Shown here one piece after another: positions 27,871 to 41,645 of a stretch of 64,000 bases of DNA. The stretch comes from Bugula neritina (taxonomy: Eukaryota; Animalia; Bryozoa), in the NCBI GenBank assembly GCA_964035545.1, contig OZ037767.1, positions 9,992,581-10,056,580 on the forward strand, read 5' to 3'. The notes beneath the pieces were generated by a model. It saw only the letters and a list, made by a program, of their open reading frames with translations. It had not been told where the DNA came from and searched no databases. Made by a program: the position numbers and the translations under genes. The stretch's first letter is position 1. Every line of letters starts with the position of its first letter.

Positions 27871-28120
27871 AACGGCTCAAAACTCTGTTTGTTACCATCG
27901 CATGCAATCTTTCGCGCTTAATTTTCCTTATATCCAGTAAATTTCCACATTTAATTACCAAGACAGCAACTAAAAAGTAATTTTTTTTATTGTAAATTTC
28001 AAAAATTAGGCAATTTAATTTATTATTTCATAATGTAGGTACTAGGTCATGGCAGCTATACGAAGAATTTGTGAGATCATATTGGAGTAGTCTCATCTTT
28101 CTATACATGTACAATTTTAT

Positions 28121-28559
28121 TCACTGAACTGAAACTATAACTGATTATAGCAGTGTGGTATATTAAGAGTGTTGACTTTAAACCATGAAAAATCATTATG
28201 TCGCTAATGGTACCGCGAGTTTATATAAGTTATAAAGGAAAAATTTTGCCACTTTTGTAATTTTATTTTTTTTTTTATATTATGTGTCCATTTTTTTTAG
28301 TTTTGTTTATTGGTAAAGTTTTTAAACATATTTTCAATACATATAAAATTTTAAAAAAAATTAAAACCTAATCATGCACGTAAATACAAAGCTATAAAGT
28401 TTAAGCTTCGCTGTGATTACAATGTGAATATGAATTGAATAATGCTTGCAATAACCATTTTACACAAAATACGTTACAGTTGCTATAAATGTAAGACTAG
28501 GCACGGTAATACTATTTAATTTATGCTATTTTTGAAATTTGTAGTAAATATTCGGCATG

Positions 28560-28602
<43 letters not shown>

Positions 28603-29461
28603 AATGACACTCTTTGCTATGACTCTTGCTTTAGAGTGACATTCTAGCTTATACAGCCTGACTAGGAATAGGGAGGGTTTTAGACGTGATCAGAGTTTAT
28701 TTGAGTCACCAAATACTGACCAAACACTGACCGTAAAAAACTAAAATAATAATGATACAACATAAGGCATAAGGCAAACAAAATGTACGTAATATAATAA
28801 GTATGTATGTAAAAGCACTAGCAATGTATATCATAAATTGTAGATAGCAGCATGAAATAATGATTCAACATAGCATGCAACTACAGCCCATATTATTAAA
28901 AACTTTATAACATAAAAATGTAATAACGATATATAATTGTAAATAGATGTTCATTACCTCTTTTCTCTCTCTCCTAGTCTACTGTTATGTTGATGCTGTG
29001 GCTTTGCACAGTCTTTCAAATAATGCTACTCTTTGGTAGTCTTACATAAACTTAATGCTGTCCAAACTGACAGCATGACTCTAACAATATTGCAACTACT
29101 AAAAATGGTTTTGTCTTATATACTAATCCATTTGATAAACATTATTGTGTTGTAAGAGGTATGATTTTACAATTTACTATTTTGGGGTAGGATCTCACTG
29201 TTTCAAGAAGTGGGCTGAAGTAAACAAGCATGTGTGACATCACAGCTGATGCAAGCACAACTGCTGACTATGAATCATTCTACATGCGTATAGCTACTGT
29301 TTTGGGGTAGTAATTAAAGAAGCATTAGGTAGACTACTAGCAGCTAGTGGTTAGGCTAATTTGAGGTTGATGACATTGTGATTGTGTGTGATTGTACTTC
29401 AAGTTATAATACCTGTAAACATCCTATTTCGTAACATTACATATATATATATATATTATAT

Positions 29462-29518
<57 letters not shown>

Positions 29519-30495
29519 TATAATAATATATTATATATTTTTATATTATATATTGTTATATTATATATATATATATATTATATAAGTATAATAATATTAT
29601 ATATAATATATATATTATAATAATATATTATATAATATAATAATATAATATATTATTATATTATATATTATATTATATATATATTATATATATAATATCA
29701 TATAAAATATATTATTATATTATATTATTTATAATATATATATATATATATATATATTATAATAATATATTATATATTATTATATATTATATTATATTAT
29801 ATATATATTATACAAGTATAATAATATTATATATAATATATATATATATATATTATAATAATATATTATATATTATTATATTATATATTATATTATATAT
29901 ATATATTATATATATAATATCATATATAATATATTATTATATTATATATTATATTATATTATATATATATTATACAAGTATAATAATATTATATATAATA
30001 TATATATATATATATTATAATAATATATATATATTATAATAATATATTATATATTATTATATTATATATATATTATATATATAATATCATATATAATATA
30101 TTATTATATTATATATTATATTATATATGATATATATATATATTATAATAATATATTATATATATATTATATATAATATCATATATAATATATTATTATA
30201 TTATATTATTTATAATATATATATATTATAATAATATATTATATATTATTATATTATATATATATTATATATATAATATCATATATAATATATTATTATA
30301 TTATATATTATATTATATATGATATATATATATATTATAATAATATATTATATATATATTATATATAATATCATATATAATATATTATTATATTATATTA
30401 TTTATAATATATATATATTATAATAATATATTATATATTATTATATATTATATATTATATTATATTATATATATATTATACAAGTATAATAATAT

Positions 30496-30581
<86 letters not shown>

Positions 30582-31034
30582 GCCAAATATTTACTACAAA
30601 ATTCAAAAATAGCATAAATTAAGTAGTATTACCGTGCCTATTTGCATCCAATTAACTAGTCTTACATTTATAGCAACTGTAGCGTATTTTGTGTATAATG
30701 GTTATTGCAAGCATTATTCAATTCATATTCACATTGTAATCACAGCGAAGCTTTAACTTTATAGCTTTGTATTTATGTGCATGATTGAGTTTTAATTTTT
30801 CTTTTAATTTTATGTGCATTAAAAATGTGTTTAAAAACTTTACCAATAAACAAAATAAAAAAAATGTACACATAAAATAGAAAAAAAATAAAATAACAAA
30901 AGTGGCAAATTTTTTCCTTTATAACTTATATAAACTCGCGGTACCAATCTCGGCATAATGGCGCCCATATGATTCCGTAAGATTTGCTAATGGCAACACT
31001 CTTAAATATACCACACTGGATTATAGTTCAATGA
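28121..31034. repeat. Long inverted repeat: arms ~28121-28560 and ~30578-31034, both ending inward in (TA)n
   Basis: The arms align as reverse complements over ~440 bp, e.g. GGTACCGCGAGTTTATATAAGTTATAAAGG / CCTTTATAACTTATATAAACTCGCGGTACC and AGCTTCGCTGTGATTACAATGTGAATATGAATTGAAT / ATTCAATTCATATTCACATTGTAATCACAGCGAAGCT, with scattered mismatches and a few indels. Confidence 0.92.
29440..30578. repeat. ~1.1-kb almost pure A/T (TA)n-derived satellite
   Basis: Direct observation; higher-order repeats such as TATAATATCATATATAATATATT recur. Confidence 0.97.
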
Positions 31035-31195
31035 TTTTATTGACTCGCAATGTAGTAATCTTATCTCACGCCGTGCAATGATGCGGGTTTTTGTCGGAAT
31101 TACAAGAAATTCGGTAAGCTTTAGGTATCCTACAAAATATGAATCACTTTCATTTTGGTAGTCACTAATCATAATGAAAGTGATGTGTCGTTTTA

Positions 31196-34100
31196 ATGGC
31201 TGGCAGTACTAGAAAAGACCCATGGATTCGTTGGTTTGACGTTACTAGCCCACAAAAGCATTCTGGAGGCTACACTGTTTACAAGGTTACATCTAAGGTA
31301 AGGCATAGCTATTACGGTTACTAACAGTAACCGGGTTAGGGTTACCGATACGGAATACCATCAAACCATGCTCAGTCTCACACACTTACAGTTACACTTA
31401 CAGTCATAATTATACTAGTACTATTAATTATGGTTATGCTAGTACTAGTAGTAGTAGTACTAGTAGTATCATACTCATACTAATACTGATACTCTATAGC
31501 CATAGGCATAGGCCTGATAGCCGATAGGGCTAGGCTCAGGGACAACGCAACATCAACTTCAAGTTCAGCACGAACATCAACCTAAATTTATTGCTAAAGT
31601 GTTAAACATTAAATTTAATGATTATGATAATGATTTCTAAGACTATAATTATCATTACAATCATCATTATGATTATCACATGAAGCTGAGCATGGGTTAA
31701 CGTTAAATACTTATAATATTAATAATAAATAATAATATTAATATGATTTTTAGCTTCGTAAATCGATTTAATGCTAATACTAATAGTAATACTAATACAG
31801 TACTAGTACTAGTAGTAGTACTGTACTAGCAGTAGCAATGAGCAATTCTCACTAATAGTAATACTAATAGTAATAGTAACTATAAGTGTTGCGATTAGTA
31901 TTAGATAATTAGTATTAGAATAAGCAATACTAATTTACTAACTAATAGCAATGCTATCATTATGATTATGTCTAATGCTAATACTAATAGTAATACCAGT
32001 AACTGTAAGCAATATGCAATAGTAATACTATTACCAGTTATACTAATAATATTAATACAAATGGTAATAGTCATAGTAGTCAAGACGACAAATCAAAGGT
32101 AATGTTTGTTAACTAAGTGTGTTATAGTTTTGAATTTTGCAAAACTTCAAGTTCGAATAAGTCATATTTATGTAATAACTTGGCAATTGATTTGATTTTA
32201 TATGAAATGACTTGCAAATAATGAAGTGATTAAATTCTTGTGATTAGCAATTGGTTTTGCTGAATACCTGTGTAACAAAAGAATATAGTGTGCCGAACCT
32301 GCATACTTGCTCCTAGAGCCTAGATATCCAGTTGCTCGAGCTGATTTCGTTTGCCATTTGTTCTTAAACTTTAACAGACTGACTTTTCTAATCAATATTA
32401 AAATATAATTTTTATAATTTGCAGGTATTTCCAGTGCATTCGCCAGAAATTACTACAGAAACTATAGTTTGGAAGAGATATAAAGATTTCAATAAGCTAC
32501 ACAAAACACTTTCAGCTCTTCATCAAAATCTTCATCGGCCTGGAGTATTTCCTGGTTTTCCCAAACCTCGTTTATTTGGTGAGTAATCATTTTATTTCTT
32601 AGTCTTTCTAGACTTGCTCGCTTCAGTTCTGCCATGTCATGTAAGTACAAGTGTCCTGCACATAAAGAAATCGTCTATTTCCCTGTACAACTGTTTAATG
32701 AAAAAGCAGAAGATGGCCTAAAGCTATGTTTTGGGATGTCACCTAATCAACCGAAACGAAAAATTACATGATTCAAGCGGTTGGTAGCTCAAAATCTTGT
32801 AACATTTTGCAGGAAGGTTTGATGATGATATTATTGAAGAGCGACGTCTTGCAGCTTTAGCGCTTCTCAATTTTGTTAGTTCTCAGGCTCATCTTTTCAA
32901 TTCTTTAGCTGTCCAGGAATTTTTTGAGGTGAGTCTATAAAATAATAGGTTTTTAAAGCAAAAACAAATTGGTCATTATTACACTGGGTATGTCCTAATG
33001 TCATTGTTATCCACAGCTAACCAGTTTGAAGTAAAAAAAGCTTTACATACGCAATGCTGGCAGACACAGTTGAAAGTGACATTAATAAGGAGGTCTCAAC
33101 TTGTATTCATCAAACTAGTAAATTACCTACAATAGCGCTTTAGTTGATGTTTTTTTCTGGAAAACACTTAAGAGGTTATCTTACCTTTTTTTCAAATAAG
33201 TTTTCTTACTTATATTTTGATGAAAAACATAAGGATTTTTATTGTTTTAATACTCTGTTTATATTGAACTTATTTAAATCAGATTTACTATATCAACAAT
33301 AGTGGTGGTAGTGGTAGTGGTAGTGGTGGTATTAGTGGTAGTTTTACTTGGTAAATGTTGTATTAGTAATAGTTAGAAAGCACCGTCTCTTTTCACTTGC
33401 AAGCAGCACCACCATTTCTGCTATTTCCTAATGTGTAGCAGAACTAAAAGTTCTATCCCCAAGAGTGTTATGATTTATTTCATATCACTAGTTTATTTGT
33501 TTTCAAAGGCTTAAAATTTTAATTGCAAATATATAAGTACGTTTATTATTGAATACGTAAAAAATTCTCTTTCTTAAATTAAGGCATCAGAAAAGTGGGA
33601 TTGTGAAAAGGAAACACATGATCAAAATATCTTGCGTCCAGTTGGTGTCGTAGCATCTACGGACAGCAACGCTCAAGGAGCTGTTAGAAGAGCGACACCT
33701 GAGGTTGACACTACAGGAGTTCAGAGTGAAGGGCAGCAGGTGCTTGCAAGTTCTCTGCCAGACAGTGATACTGGCACTGTGTCAGTGGATACTGAGTGAG
33801 TCTTGCAAACTCGCTTGTTTAAACTAAGTAGTGTGCAGATCTCATGCTATAGCCTCAGATCTGTAATCGCATTGATTTTCACATTTAGGTGGAGAAATTG
33901 AGATAGCCTAAGGTCTGTAATTTTCTTAATAGATTTTGGTTTGGGGCACAGGTTGAAATTCTTGAGAGAACATAACTTCTTTTGCTATATTTTCAAGCTA
34001 GAGCACATACTTTTCTCAATTTCTCTGTTGCTGCACCTACCTCAATTTTCAGTGCTATGGTAGTTAGTGATAGTGATATTTGTCGTTCTGCATACTTCAT

Positions 34101-37100
34101 ATACGGAATAAATAGAAGGAAATTGTGATGTTTTAGACCTCATCTCTCGTCTCCGGTAGTCAGCCATTCTCTTAGCGGCACCTGGGCGCACAGACAGACA
34201 GAACATTCCGACAGTGACGTGTCTGACAAAGATGGCGTAGAAATCACTCCTCAGACACCGGATGTGGACCAAACACAACGTCCTTCAACCTGTGACATAG
34301 TTGGAGAATTTGATCCGTGCACAAATACAGTCGACTCCTGGAATCACGTAATTGACTAATTTCTACTCCATATTATAATAATGCTTTTGTCAACATATGA
34401 CATTACAATAAGCAATTGATAGTAACAATTAATGTTCATATTAGTAATTAATTAAAGAATAATAATATTGATATTTAAGTTAATGTTGTATTTCACTGGT
34501 GACTGTCCCTTGTAACTCCCAAAGGTTTTCCCCTCCCATCATGTTATATTTATACACAATCTTTTGTAGGGAGAAGTGAGCAATAGCCAGCTTCTTTCTC
34601 AGGTAGTGGAAGTGGACAGTGTAGTTCAGTCACCAAACCCTGTAGAGCTCACGGCACCAGAGATGTCTGACGCCGATCTAGTCCCTCCCTCCGACACTCT
34701 GGGTGAATACATAGAGGTGAATACTGGCCTGCTATATAATATAGAATACCATTATATGCATTCAGTTAATGCTGGTAGGTGCTGAGAGTTAATAGTAAAT
34801 GTCTGTCTTTTATAAACTGAGCCTTGATTGGCTGCTTCTAATCTGGTTATTTATCTGAAGCTACTCTAACTTTTGACCGGATTAAAACAGCGAGTTATAT
34901 TTTGACATTTGCAGAGTAAAGACGACTATTTATATAAAGCTGTTAAGCAGATTAGTCGAGCCCGAAAGGAAGAGAAGGCAGCTCATTATCAAATCGCTTT
35001 CGACTATTATAAGAGAGCCGTGTCACTCCTCCTTACTGGAGTTCAAGGTGAGACAATTCCCATCTCAGTCGTGAATAGCAATAAATAGTATTATTGGGGA
35101 TTGCCTTCCCAAACTTATGTTGGTGTTTGACAAGGTGACAGTGATGAGGGTCGCAGAAGTGTTGTGAAACGTAAAACAGCCGAGTATCTGGTGTACGCGG
35201 AGAAGTTGCACCACCGCTACCTGGACAGCAGTGGTACAGATGGTAGCAGATGGAGACAATTACAAGTCCCTCGGCCTGTGGCCAGACTACGCACAGGTCT
35301 CTCTGAGCTCTCCAGTTACAAGGTTTGTTCAGTTACTTACAAGGTTGGAGCCGGTCAATTTTTCCCTGTTCTGTCTTATTATACCTCTACCCCACCACTA
35401 TCCTATCCTCACCCCACCACTATCCTATCCTCACCCCACCACTATCTTATCCTCACCCCACCACTAACCTATCCTCACCCCACCACTAACCTATCTTCAC
35501 CCCACCACTATCTTATCTTCACCCCACCACTATCCTATCCTCACCCCACCACTATCCTATCCTCACCCCACCACTATCCTATCTTCACCCCACCACTATT
35601 CTATCCTCACCCCACCACTATCCTATCCTCACCCCACCATTATCCTATCTTCACCCCACCACTATCCTATCTTCACCCCACCACTATCTTATCTTCACCC
35701 CACCACTATCCTATCCTCACCCCACCACTATCCTATCCTCACCCCACCACTATCCTATCCTCACCCCACCACTATCCTATCCTCACCCCACCACTATCCT
35801 ATCCTCACCCCACCACTATCCTATCTTCACCCCACCACTATCCTATCTTCACCCCACCACTATCTTATCTTCACCCCACCACCATTCTCTCCTCACCCCA
35901 CCACTATCTTATCCTCACCCCACCACTATCCTATCCCTCCTACCTATCCTATCTTTCTATCCCCACCATATACCTATCTCTGCTCTGTGTTATTTCTATC
36001 CCTCCCAACATCCTATCGTCACTCCCACACTATTCTATCCCATCCTCACTACTGTTCTATTCCTACCCCTATCATATTCATATCCCTACTCTATCACTTT
36101 CCTATTTCTATTATTCTTAAATGCAATTTTAAAGATGTACGGTAGTTTTCTCAACAATATCTTGGTATGTGTACTTCTTATATTAAAAAAACACAGCTAA
36201 GTCTGGCACATTTGTGTCAAGGATATTTACTCACTTATATTCCCCCAGGTGCTGGGACTAGTGGGTAAAAACATGCTGGTGCTAGACAAGTCCACAGAGG
36301 AAACATTCGTTATTAAGGTAAATCTTCTGCTCTACATAGTGTGCAGAATGCTAACTCTTTTACGCATTTTCTACCTGCAATGTCTATGCCTTTGATTATA
36401 GCGATTAGTACTGGATATCATATCGACTTCATAAGTTATTTTTAGGTAGTTTACAGTGTCATAAGGTGGTGGCATACTTATAGATTAATAAAGATGCGTG
36501 TGATCATTCTATTGAAAGTCAGGTCGTGCTGTGCTATTTAGCACCAGTGCATTGGATCTGGTTTTATTTGTTGTCCCTAAATATATAAGATTAGTTGAAG
36601 TGCGTCACGTGACATGCTATAAGGCTGGTTGAAGTGACATGCTGTATCCAATGCATACTCACATTGTGACATGCCTAATCAGGTGCTTGAATTTCTTACC
36701 TTGCAGGTGTTGCAGAAGAATAGTGATGTCGGAGAGTTGTCGTCCGCCAAGCAGATTATTCCTACGAAATGCAGTCGAATGGTTAAACTCGTTAAGTATT
36801 TCGAGACAGAGTGTACTATATATTTACTATTGGAGTATGCAAGAGGTAAGCTTGTTCACCGAAAACTCATTTATTCTGTTCCTGTAACTAGTAATACTTC
36901 TTTTAATATCAAAATATGTCAGGCAACACTGGGTGTCTATTAGTTGAGAATCATCGCTGTTTCAGGTATGACGTTGTGGCAGTACATACATAACTACCTT
37001 CACAGTAGCTCACAGGAGCTCAGTCCCTACCCACTGCTAGCTTACGGTGCTGATAATGTCTACAGCGGCAAGAAGTATCCTTCAGTCACAGATCCTACAC

Positions 37101-40100
37101 CTGCCGTTGATTGCATAAATACAGGTGTGACTCTGTTACCATAGTTATGAAGATTTGTCCCTTCAACAACTTTTCACGCAAGCAAAATTTTACTAGCCTT
37201 GCTTATTTTTCTGTTTTGTGGCAGAAGGTTTGCCCCTTCCCTTTAATAATAGTAATTTAATCAAGGTACTTAGACTATGAACGGATCATTTTATCATCAA
37301 ACTATACTTATATGCCAGCAATACATTTAATACACAATATTGAGTGGTATTGCCATGTATTTCCGTATTTTTTCAACAGATACGACAAACCGTATATCTT
37401 CAAACGCCAATGTGACAGCACACAGTGAAGAGTGTTTACCTGCTCTGCTTGGCTTCGAGACATCCTCTACAGGTAATCAGCATGGTGACCTGCAAGACCA
37501 TCACACCTGTGCAGGTATTCTGCCCATCTCAGCTACACTCTACTTTCACTAACCATAGTTATGTCTCACAGTTAGTGTTTATACAGACACAATTATATAT
37601 AAATTAGATTCTATGTATTCAAGATTGTTGCATTGTCACTTGGATTAATTATATACACAATGAACTCCAACATTGAATGAGAAACATGTTCCTAAAGTAT
37701 AGCCTATTTTCAGAGGAAATAATGTTCACATAGAATATATCTCATCCATAACCTTTTTTTTAAAAAGAAATGCTAAAAGTAATGTAGACTCATATAAATT
37801 AATGTTATTTTTCATTTTGTTAAAACTGTTCCTTGCTTACTTCTGCTACTTTTGCAGTTTTAAAATCAAATTTTCCGCACAAATAGTTTCTATGTTCCTT
37901 TGATTAAGGTGATGTTAGTTCATTTCAATATTTTTGTGTTTCAAAGATGCGCATGCAGAACCAGGGCAAGCAGAAGATGTGTTTGCTGACACAGTTTCTA
38001 ATCAGCCATCTCAAAAGGTCTTATCTGACGAGTCCCTCAGTTCATCTACTAGGAGAAGTAAGTTATAGTATACTAAGGGAAGTAAGTTATACTATACTAA
38101 GAGAAGTAAGTTATACTATAATAAAGGAAGTAAGTTATAGTATACTAAGGGAAGTAAGTTATACTATACTAAAGGAAGTAAGTTATAGTATACTAAAAGA
38201 AGTAAGTTAACTAGTGTAAGTGGATTATAGTTTCCTAAAAGATGTTGCTATAGTTTTGTAGGAAAAGAAAGATATTGTGGAAAATAAACCAAATATTGGA
38301 GTTGCTTGCTCATGTCTTTGCATTTTTTGTTTATTAACTCACCGCAGTGTCACTGAAGCGGTCAAACAGCTCTTTGAGTAGAAGCGTGTCAGTTGAGAGA
38401 ACCAGTGATACAGTTAGTTCATCTCGCCACCGAAACCTCTCAACCGCATTTGATGACCTTGAGTTATCCTCCCCCCAGTCACCTACTAAACCCCATCTAC
38501 CGGAGAACTGTGTGCAGAAGTGGGCTGCTGAATTACTTATGGCTATTGACGAACTGCATCAGTGTGGACTTATCTTACAGTATGTTCAGTGGATTCTTCT
38601 CTTTGTTGTATTCATATTTCATAATTGAACTTAATTGATTATAATGAATAAATTAATTTTCAACAACATTCACTGTTACCATTCAGTGTTAACCCTCAGC
38701 AGTGTTCCCCCTCAGTGTTATTCTTCAGTGTTACTCCTCACTGTTACTCCTCAGTGTTACCTCTCACTGTTACCCCACAGTGTTACTTCTCAGTGTTCAG
38801 TAGATTCTGTAACGTATTCTTACAGTGACCTCAGACCACACAACATACTTCTCAGTTCTCAAGGACAAATCACTCTCACATACTTCTGCCGATGGCCAGG
38901 GGTCCACCAGGAACTTTCCTCCAAAAGCAAAGAGCAATTTCACGTTGCCCCAGGTGGGTGGTGCAGCTTGAATATTGCGTCTAAATGTATGTGGAGCTGG
39001 TTTGAAGTAGAGGATACACTAATTATTGGTGAACAATAACTGTGGGAAATACTGTTCTGTTGTTACAAAGTGTCTTCTGCATTCTATCGCATACTTTGGG
39101 CTGCTCCACTTGCAACTTCTTTTGCTCTTCTTGGTGCACCATAAGCTTATAATAATTGTAAACTTATAATACTTATATTAAATGTAAGCTCACAAACATT
39201 GTCGTAACATAAGCTTATACACATAATGTAAGCTTGCCTTAGACTGCATGTAAGCCCTTGAACATTGCAGAGGGCACGTTGCCCGGTGCGCTGTGCTTTG
39301 CATCAGACTACTGGAGTTTTGGAGTTATCTTATACGAACTGCTAACTGGCTACAGTCTGTGTGATGCCCACCCCGAAGGTATTACCTCACACACCATCTT
39401 AAGGTCACCTGATCATCTATCCCAGGAGGCAGGGCACCTGTTGAAACAAGTCAGTATTGTGTATTCAATCTCCTGTTCCTGTATTCTGCATGTAAAGGTG
39501 TAGTTCAGCCTTTGTGTTATGGAGTGAAGGTCAACGAATAATATTTATACCTAGGGTCATCAGTGAGTCTGAGTGAATAGTGAGGGGGGTGGCAGTTTTG
39601 CATAATATCTAGAATATATATTGTCTTGGTGCAAATTTCAGCCGATAGTAGCAAAACTATGAAATGAAAGCATGGAGTTGTTGTGTGTTAAACATTGCGC
39701 TGCACACTGAACAGTACCTTGCACAGTGCAATGTATTGTGTACAATACTTTGTACTGTACAGTATAGTGTACACTGCATTGGGTCAAGTTCAGTTCTTTT
39801 TCAAAGTCTTGAATCTTCAATGATATATATTTTATGACTTTGAAAAGAGTAATCTTCTAGCATTGTAATCAATGCTTTATTTTATTGTTACTGGTTTTCT
39901 GGGAAGCTTCTGCAGCTCTACGTATATGACAAGTTTCTGTAGTCAATCTAACATTTGATGACTTAAAAGTGAACTTAGTCCGAGTAGAGCTTTTAGAATA
40001 TAAACTGACTTAACTAGGCTTACTGTGTAAGAACTTGTTTCCCCGCCTCAGCAGCTAATCTCTTATCTCCAGTTCACATACATTTGTGTTTTAATAAAAT

Positions 40101-40594
40101 AAAAACCATCTTACAAATTAATGGGTTATTTTCCATAAACAGTTATTTCTCCAGATTTTTGGAATTTAATGGCAAAAATAGAAATAAATTTTGCAACAAA
40201 AAAATAAGAAAATACAAAAAATTCACTTGTCATCATTGAAGTAGCATGAGAGGGAAACGTCTAAATTTTTCGAATCTAATTGATAATTTGGGGAAATATA
40301 TACTTTAAGCAACAGCTGAGGTGTAACATTCAAGATAGCTGTTTCTCTCTAAGCTTCTGAACTGTTTATTGTGTGCCAATTTACTTTGCTCACCATTTTG
40401 ACCAACACCCGTTTGTTTTCCATTCTATTAAAAAGAAATAAATGTATTTTGTAAGAAGTTCCATGAACTTAATGTTATGTCTGTTACAGTTGTTGAGATG
40501 TAACAGCAACGAGCGTCTTGGGGGAGGAGTAGCAGGAATAGAGGAAATCAAAGCTCATCCTTTCTTCAGTAAAGTTGACTGGTCATCCATATAA
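31196..40594 (+). CDS. RPS6KC1: Ribosomal protein S6 kinase delta-1 (PX-MIT-split pseudokinase); exons 31196-31297, 32425-32578, 32813-32928, 33584-33795, 34137-34347, 34570-34716, 34915-35047, 35135-35322, 36249-36317, 36707-36845, 36966-37124, 37380-37472 (or -37514), 37947-38057, 38348-38579, 38826-38953, 39271-39449, 40490-40594
   Basis: PX domain (WIRWFDVTSPQKHSGGYTVYKVTSK, VWKRYKDF, FPKPRLFGRFDDDIIEERR), MIT domain (AFDYYKRAVSLLLTGVQGD...VKRKTAEYL), and a kinase split by a low-complexity insert (KVLGLVGK...FVIKVL; VQKWAAELLMAIDELH...HDLRPHNILL...LTYF...APE...DYWSFGVILYELLTG...ERLGGG...IKAHPFF). TYF in place of DFG is as in RPS6KC1. Confidence 0.92.
35388..35935. repeat. 22-bp C-rich minisatellite (TCCTCACCCCACCACTATCCTA), ~25 copies, in an RPS6KC1 intron
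   Basis: Direct tandem repeats; they account for the 318-aa ORF tail. Confidence 0.95.
38058..38210 (+). repeat. 24-bp minisatellite, 7 copies, each containing GAA|GTAAGT
   Basis: GTAAGT at 38058, 38082, 38106, 38130, 38154, 38178 and 38202; the first is the donor of exon 37947-38057. Confidence 0.92.
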
Positions 40595-41342
40595 TCACAA
40601 ACATCATATTTAATGTGATATTCCGATATAACATAACATATGGTGTAATAAATGATATAATGTATGGTATAACATATATACGATATAATATAACATATGG
40701 TATAATATATGATATAATGCCTGATAGAATATATGGTGTGAAATGTGGTGTAATATAATATATGATGTAATCAGTTTCCTAGACAATTTATATTTTTATG
40801 CTCCCTGACTTTTGAAAGGCAAATGTTTTTGCTAGAAGTTCTTTATTTTGGTTTACAGCATCATCACTTTTATGGACTCTGTCTTTTTTATGAAATTTTG
40901 ATATAAAAGTGTTTCACCCGTTTTGTAGAATATTTGTATGCATATTCCAGCCTAGATCTTTAGATTTGTTAACTTTGAATACTATAGAAAAGCCTCCTTT
41001 TTCATTCTTCTGTTTTACATCTGGCAATCTTGACAATAATTTAATGAATACAATATAACAGCTCAAATACTATATGTTTTGGTTCAAGTAATATAATATA
41101 ATGGATGAATTATTATGCTATTTGAGTCATAATATATTATATTATATAATGGCTCAAATAGCATAATCATCCATTTCAAGTAATTCATTCCATTAAAAAT
41201 ATTATTTGTTACAATTTAGGAGTTGCCACGGTTATGACTCCTTGAGGTGTCGCTGCTCTAAATAATTTGCCTGCATAGAGTTTTTTAGACTTCCATCCTT
41301 GTTAGCAGTATGAGTTTCAAGCACCCGTGGTTAAGCATTAGT

Positions 41343-41645
41343 TAGCTTACTACATGCTATTTGCTACCTACTACATGCTATTTGCTACCTACTACATGCT
41401 ATTTGCTACCTACTACATGCTATATGCTACCTACTACATGCTAATTGCTACCTACTACATGCTATGTGCTACCTAATATATGCTACTTACTACATGCTAT
41501 ATGCAAACTACTACATGCTATATGCAAACTACTACATGCTATGTGCTACATGCTGTATGCTATTTACTACATGCTATGTGCTACATGCTGTATGCTATTT
41601 ACTACATGCTATGTGCTACATGCTGTATGCTAACTACTACATGAT
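41343..41645. repeat. CTACATGCTA-based minisatellite (~21-bp unit, diverging)
   Basis: Direct tandem repeats. Confidence 0.9.

Noticed and set aside
28958-29110. Possible upstream MPP5 exon ending GAG|GTAATG
   Set aside because: The compatible frame has a stop; it could be UTR but is unsupported.
31331-31346. GGGTTAGGGTTA telomere-like motif
   Set aside because: Only two units, within a low-complexity tract.
35164-36120. 318-aa Pro/His-rich ORF
   Set aside because: Only 35135-35322 is an RPS6KC1 exon; the rest is read-through into a G-free 22-bp repeat that can hardly encode stops.
38826-38900. Loss of DFG/HRD consensus in the kinase as a novelty
   Set aside because: Expected for the RPS6KC1 pseudokinase family.
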